Below are positions 62,367 through 64,000 of a stretch of 64,000 nucleotides of DNA, one piece after another. The notes beneath the pieces are model-generated. The model was not told the DNA's origin, did no database searches, and worked only from the letters and a program-made list of their open reading frames with translations. Source of the stretch: Amphiscolops sp. MND2022 (lineage: Eukaryota); assembly GCA_964187785.1 (NCBI GenBank), contig OZ076413.1:48672001-48736000 (forward strand), read 5' to 3'. Positions within the stretch are counted from its first letter, which is position 1; each line of letters begins with the position of its first letter. Made by a program: the position numbers and the translations under genes.

Positions 62367-63408
62367 TTATTCGGTATCGTCGCCACGAGTGAGGCTGTTG
62401 ATGAGGTTAGTGGGGTGTATGAAGAGGAAGGAGCGACCGAGGTACTTGATTCTCTTCAGCAGGGGCATATGACTGCGAGGGTAGATGACGTGCAGGTGCA
62501 GATGTTCCACCGAAATGAAGGGCGGTCTGTGGAACCCAAACAAACCCTCTTGCTCCACTCTGAAACAGACCGAGTTACACTGCACACAAAAATACCGAAT
62601 CGCGCGACTGCACCTGTAAGAAGCTAACGCCGAGAACCATCTTTTTCGGGTTACTGGTAACGTTGTTATGGTCAAACGAAATATTGGAAAGGAAAGTCTA
62701 TATAAAAGATTTATGGAACAAGAGAAATGTGAACTAAGAATCGGGATAAAAAAGTACGTCATAATTAAAGGAAAAATTAATTACGAAAAAACAATAGTAC
62801 CATTCTCTCAGCAGAAACGCAGATCCTGAGGTATTATAATTTTATGGGTATTTCGTAGAGAAAGAAGACATGGAATTTTGACATCGGGACTTGCGTTCTT
62901 TGCATTGTGTAAGAGGGTCCTATGACACGAAAGAAACACAACTGATGGTGCTATACAGGTTGGTATATGTTTGAAGCGATAGTTTATTTGAACAGGATTT
63001 ATAATTCGCAAAGGGTTTACAGAATTGGAAACTTACAGAAATGATAGAAAATCAGTGAACCTCTTCAAAATTGATAAGATAGAAAGCAAAGTTTTTAGCT
63101 TACGAGCTGAGTAGAATGAGAAATGAGGGTCTAAGGACTAACTTGTCAAAAGACACAGACGCTTGTTGCATGATGAAATTATTGCCCAAGTCGTTCATGC
63201 GTGCCACGAGGTCTTTGTCAGGAGCTGACTTGAGACTGCGCACCGAGGAGATATGCTGCACAGGAATGACTAGATAGTGGTAGTCTGAAGCAGGCCTGAT
63301 GTCCTTAAGAACAGCCAGTTCATCCGTCCGGAGAACGACATCTGGGCTGTTTTTCGATAGAATGTCACAGAACACACAGCTGTCGCCATTATTCTTTCCA
63401 AACAACAT
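62367..63408 (-). CDS. HINT3: Histidine triad nucleotide-binding protein 3-like, join(63408-63143, 62559-62367), ~152 aa
   Basis: CVFC, KDIRPASDYHYLVIP, GFHRPPFISVEHLHLHV (HIT motif in HINT3-type context); phase-2 intron AA|GTTAGT...tttcAG|A. Confidence 0.9.
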
Positions 63409-64000
63409 TCATGAAATGCATGCACGCGTGCATAGGCCACAAACGCACTGTGTGAAGGATCGGTCGATCTACAGCAGCGCTTTTACTTCATGGATATAGC
63501 TATACAATCAGCTACATCAGCCCACAAAGTTATCTTAAAGAATCAAACGATTGAATTATATGGAACGCAATCATCAAACGCTAATCAATGTTTACATATA
63601 AATAACTCTGTTAAATGCTCTCGCAAAATTCCAGCTCTCGCAAAAGATATTTCACTTCTTCAACCTAGATTCCATGAATGACAGTCTCAGTTATAAGCAA
63701 TTTTCTTGGAAACCTATATTTTGACTGAATGCGACCCTAATTCGGGTGAATTTATTGAGAAATACGTTAAATAGAGATTAGGAGCAACAAGTAAGAAACC
63801 AAAAACAACACAAACGCTTTCGTTGCTTTCAACATCACGATGATCATGAAAACATCTGAACAGAAAAAAAAATTAAAAAATGCGAAAAAGGACTGCAATC
63901 AAAATTCCCAAAAATGTCTCGTTTTTACTCTGTGGTACAATTTTGATCACTAAAATTTTCTGTATCAGATGTAAAATCTAGTTTTCAAAAAACCAATTTC

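Noticed and set aside
62034..62627. 197-aa + strand ORF
   Set aside because: Overlaps HINT3 exon 2 in antisense and has no recognisable motif

Overview
Repeat-rich eukaryotic (animal-type) genomic DNA with spliceosomal introns; the species cannot be determined from this window. There are two host genes. One is a 7-exon semaphorin-5-like gene on + (961-25172, ~983 aa: signal peptide, Sema, PSI, TSP1 repeats, TM, cytoplasmic tail). The other is a 2-exon HINT3-like gene on - (62367-63408). The semaphorin introns carry foldback/hAT MITEs, Helentron-type non-autonomous elements and a full-length, decayed Ty1/copia element with non-canonical LTR termini. The main object of interest is a ~15.4-kb Ty3/Gypsy element (36623-52065, - strand). 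It has ~1.6-kb LTRs that encode the first ~180 codons of Gag, a -1 gag-pol slippery site, and a ~6-kb accessory region. That region holds (i) an antisense, 4-intron gene for a BED-finger, apparently catalytically dead hAT-transposase-like protein and (ii) a divergently oriented acidic ORF running towards the 3' LTR. A truncated second unit shares the 3' LTR. A decayed Helitron/Helentron Rep-helicase lies at ~56.4-61.5 kb. All coordinates and splice models were read by eye; no database searches were run.
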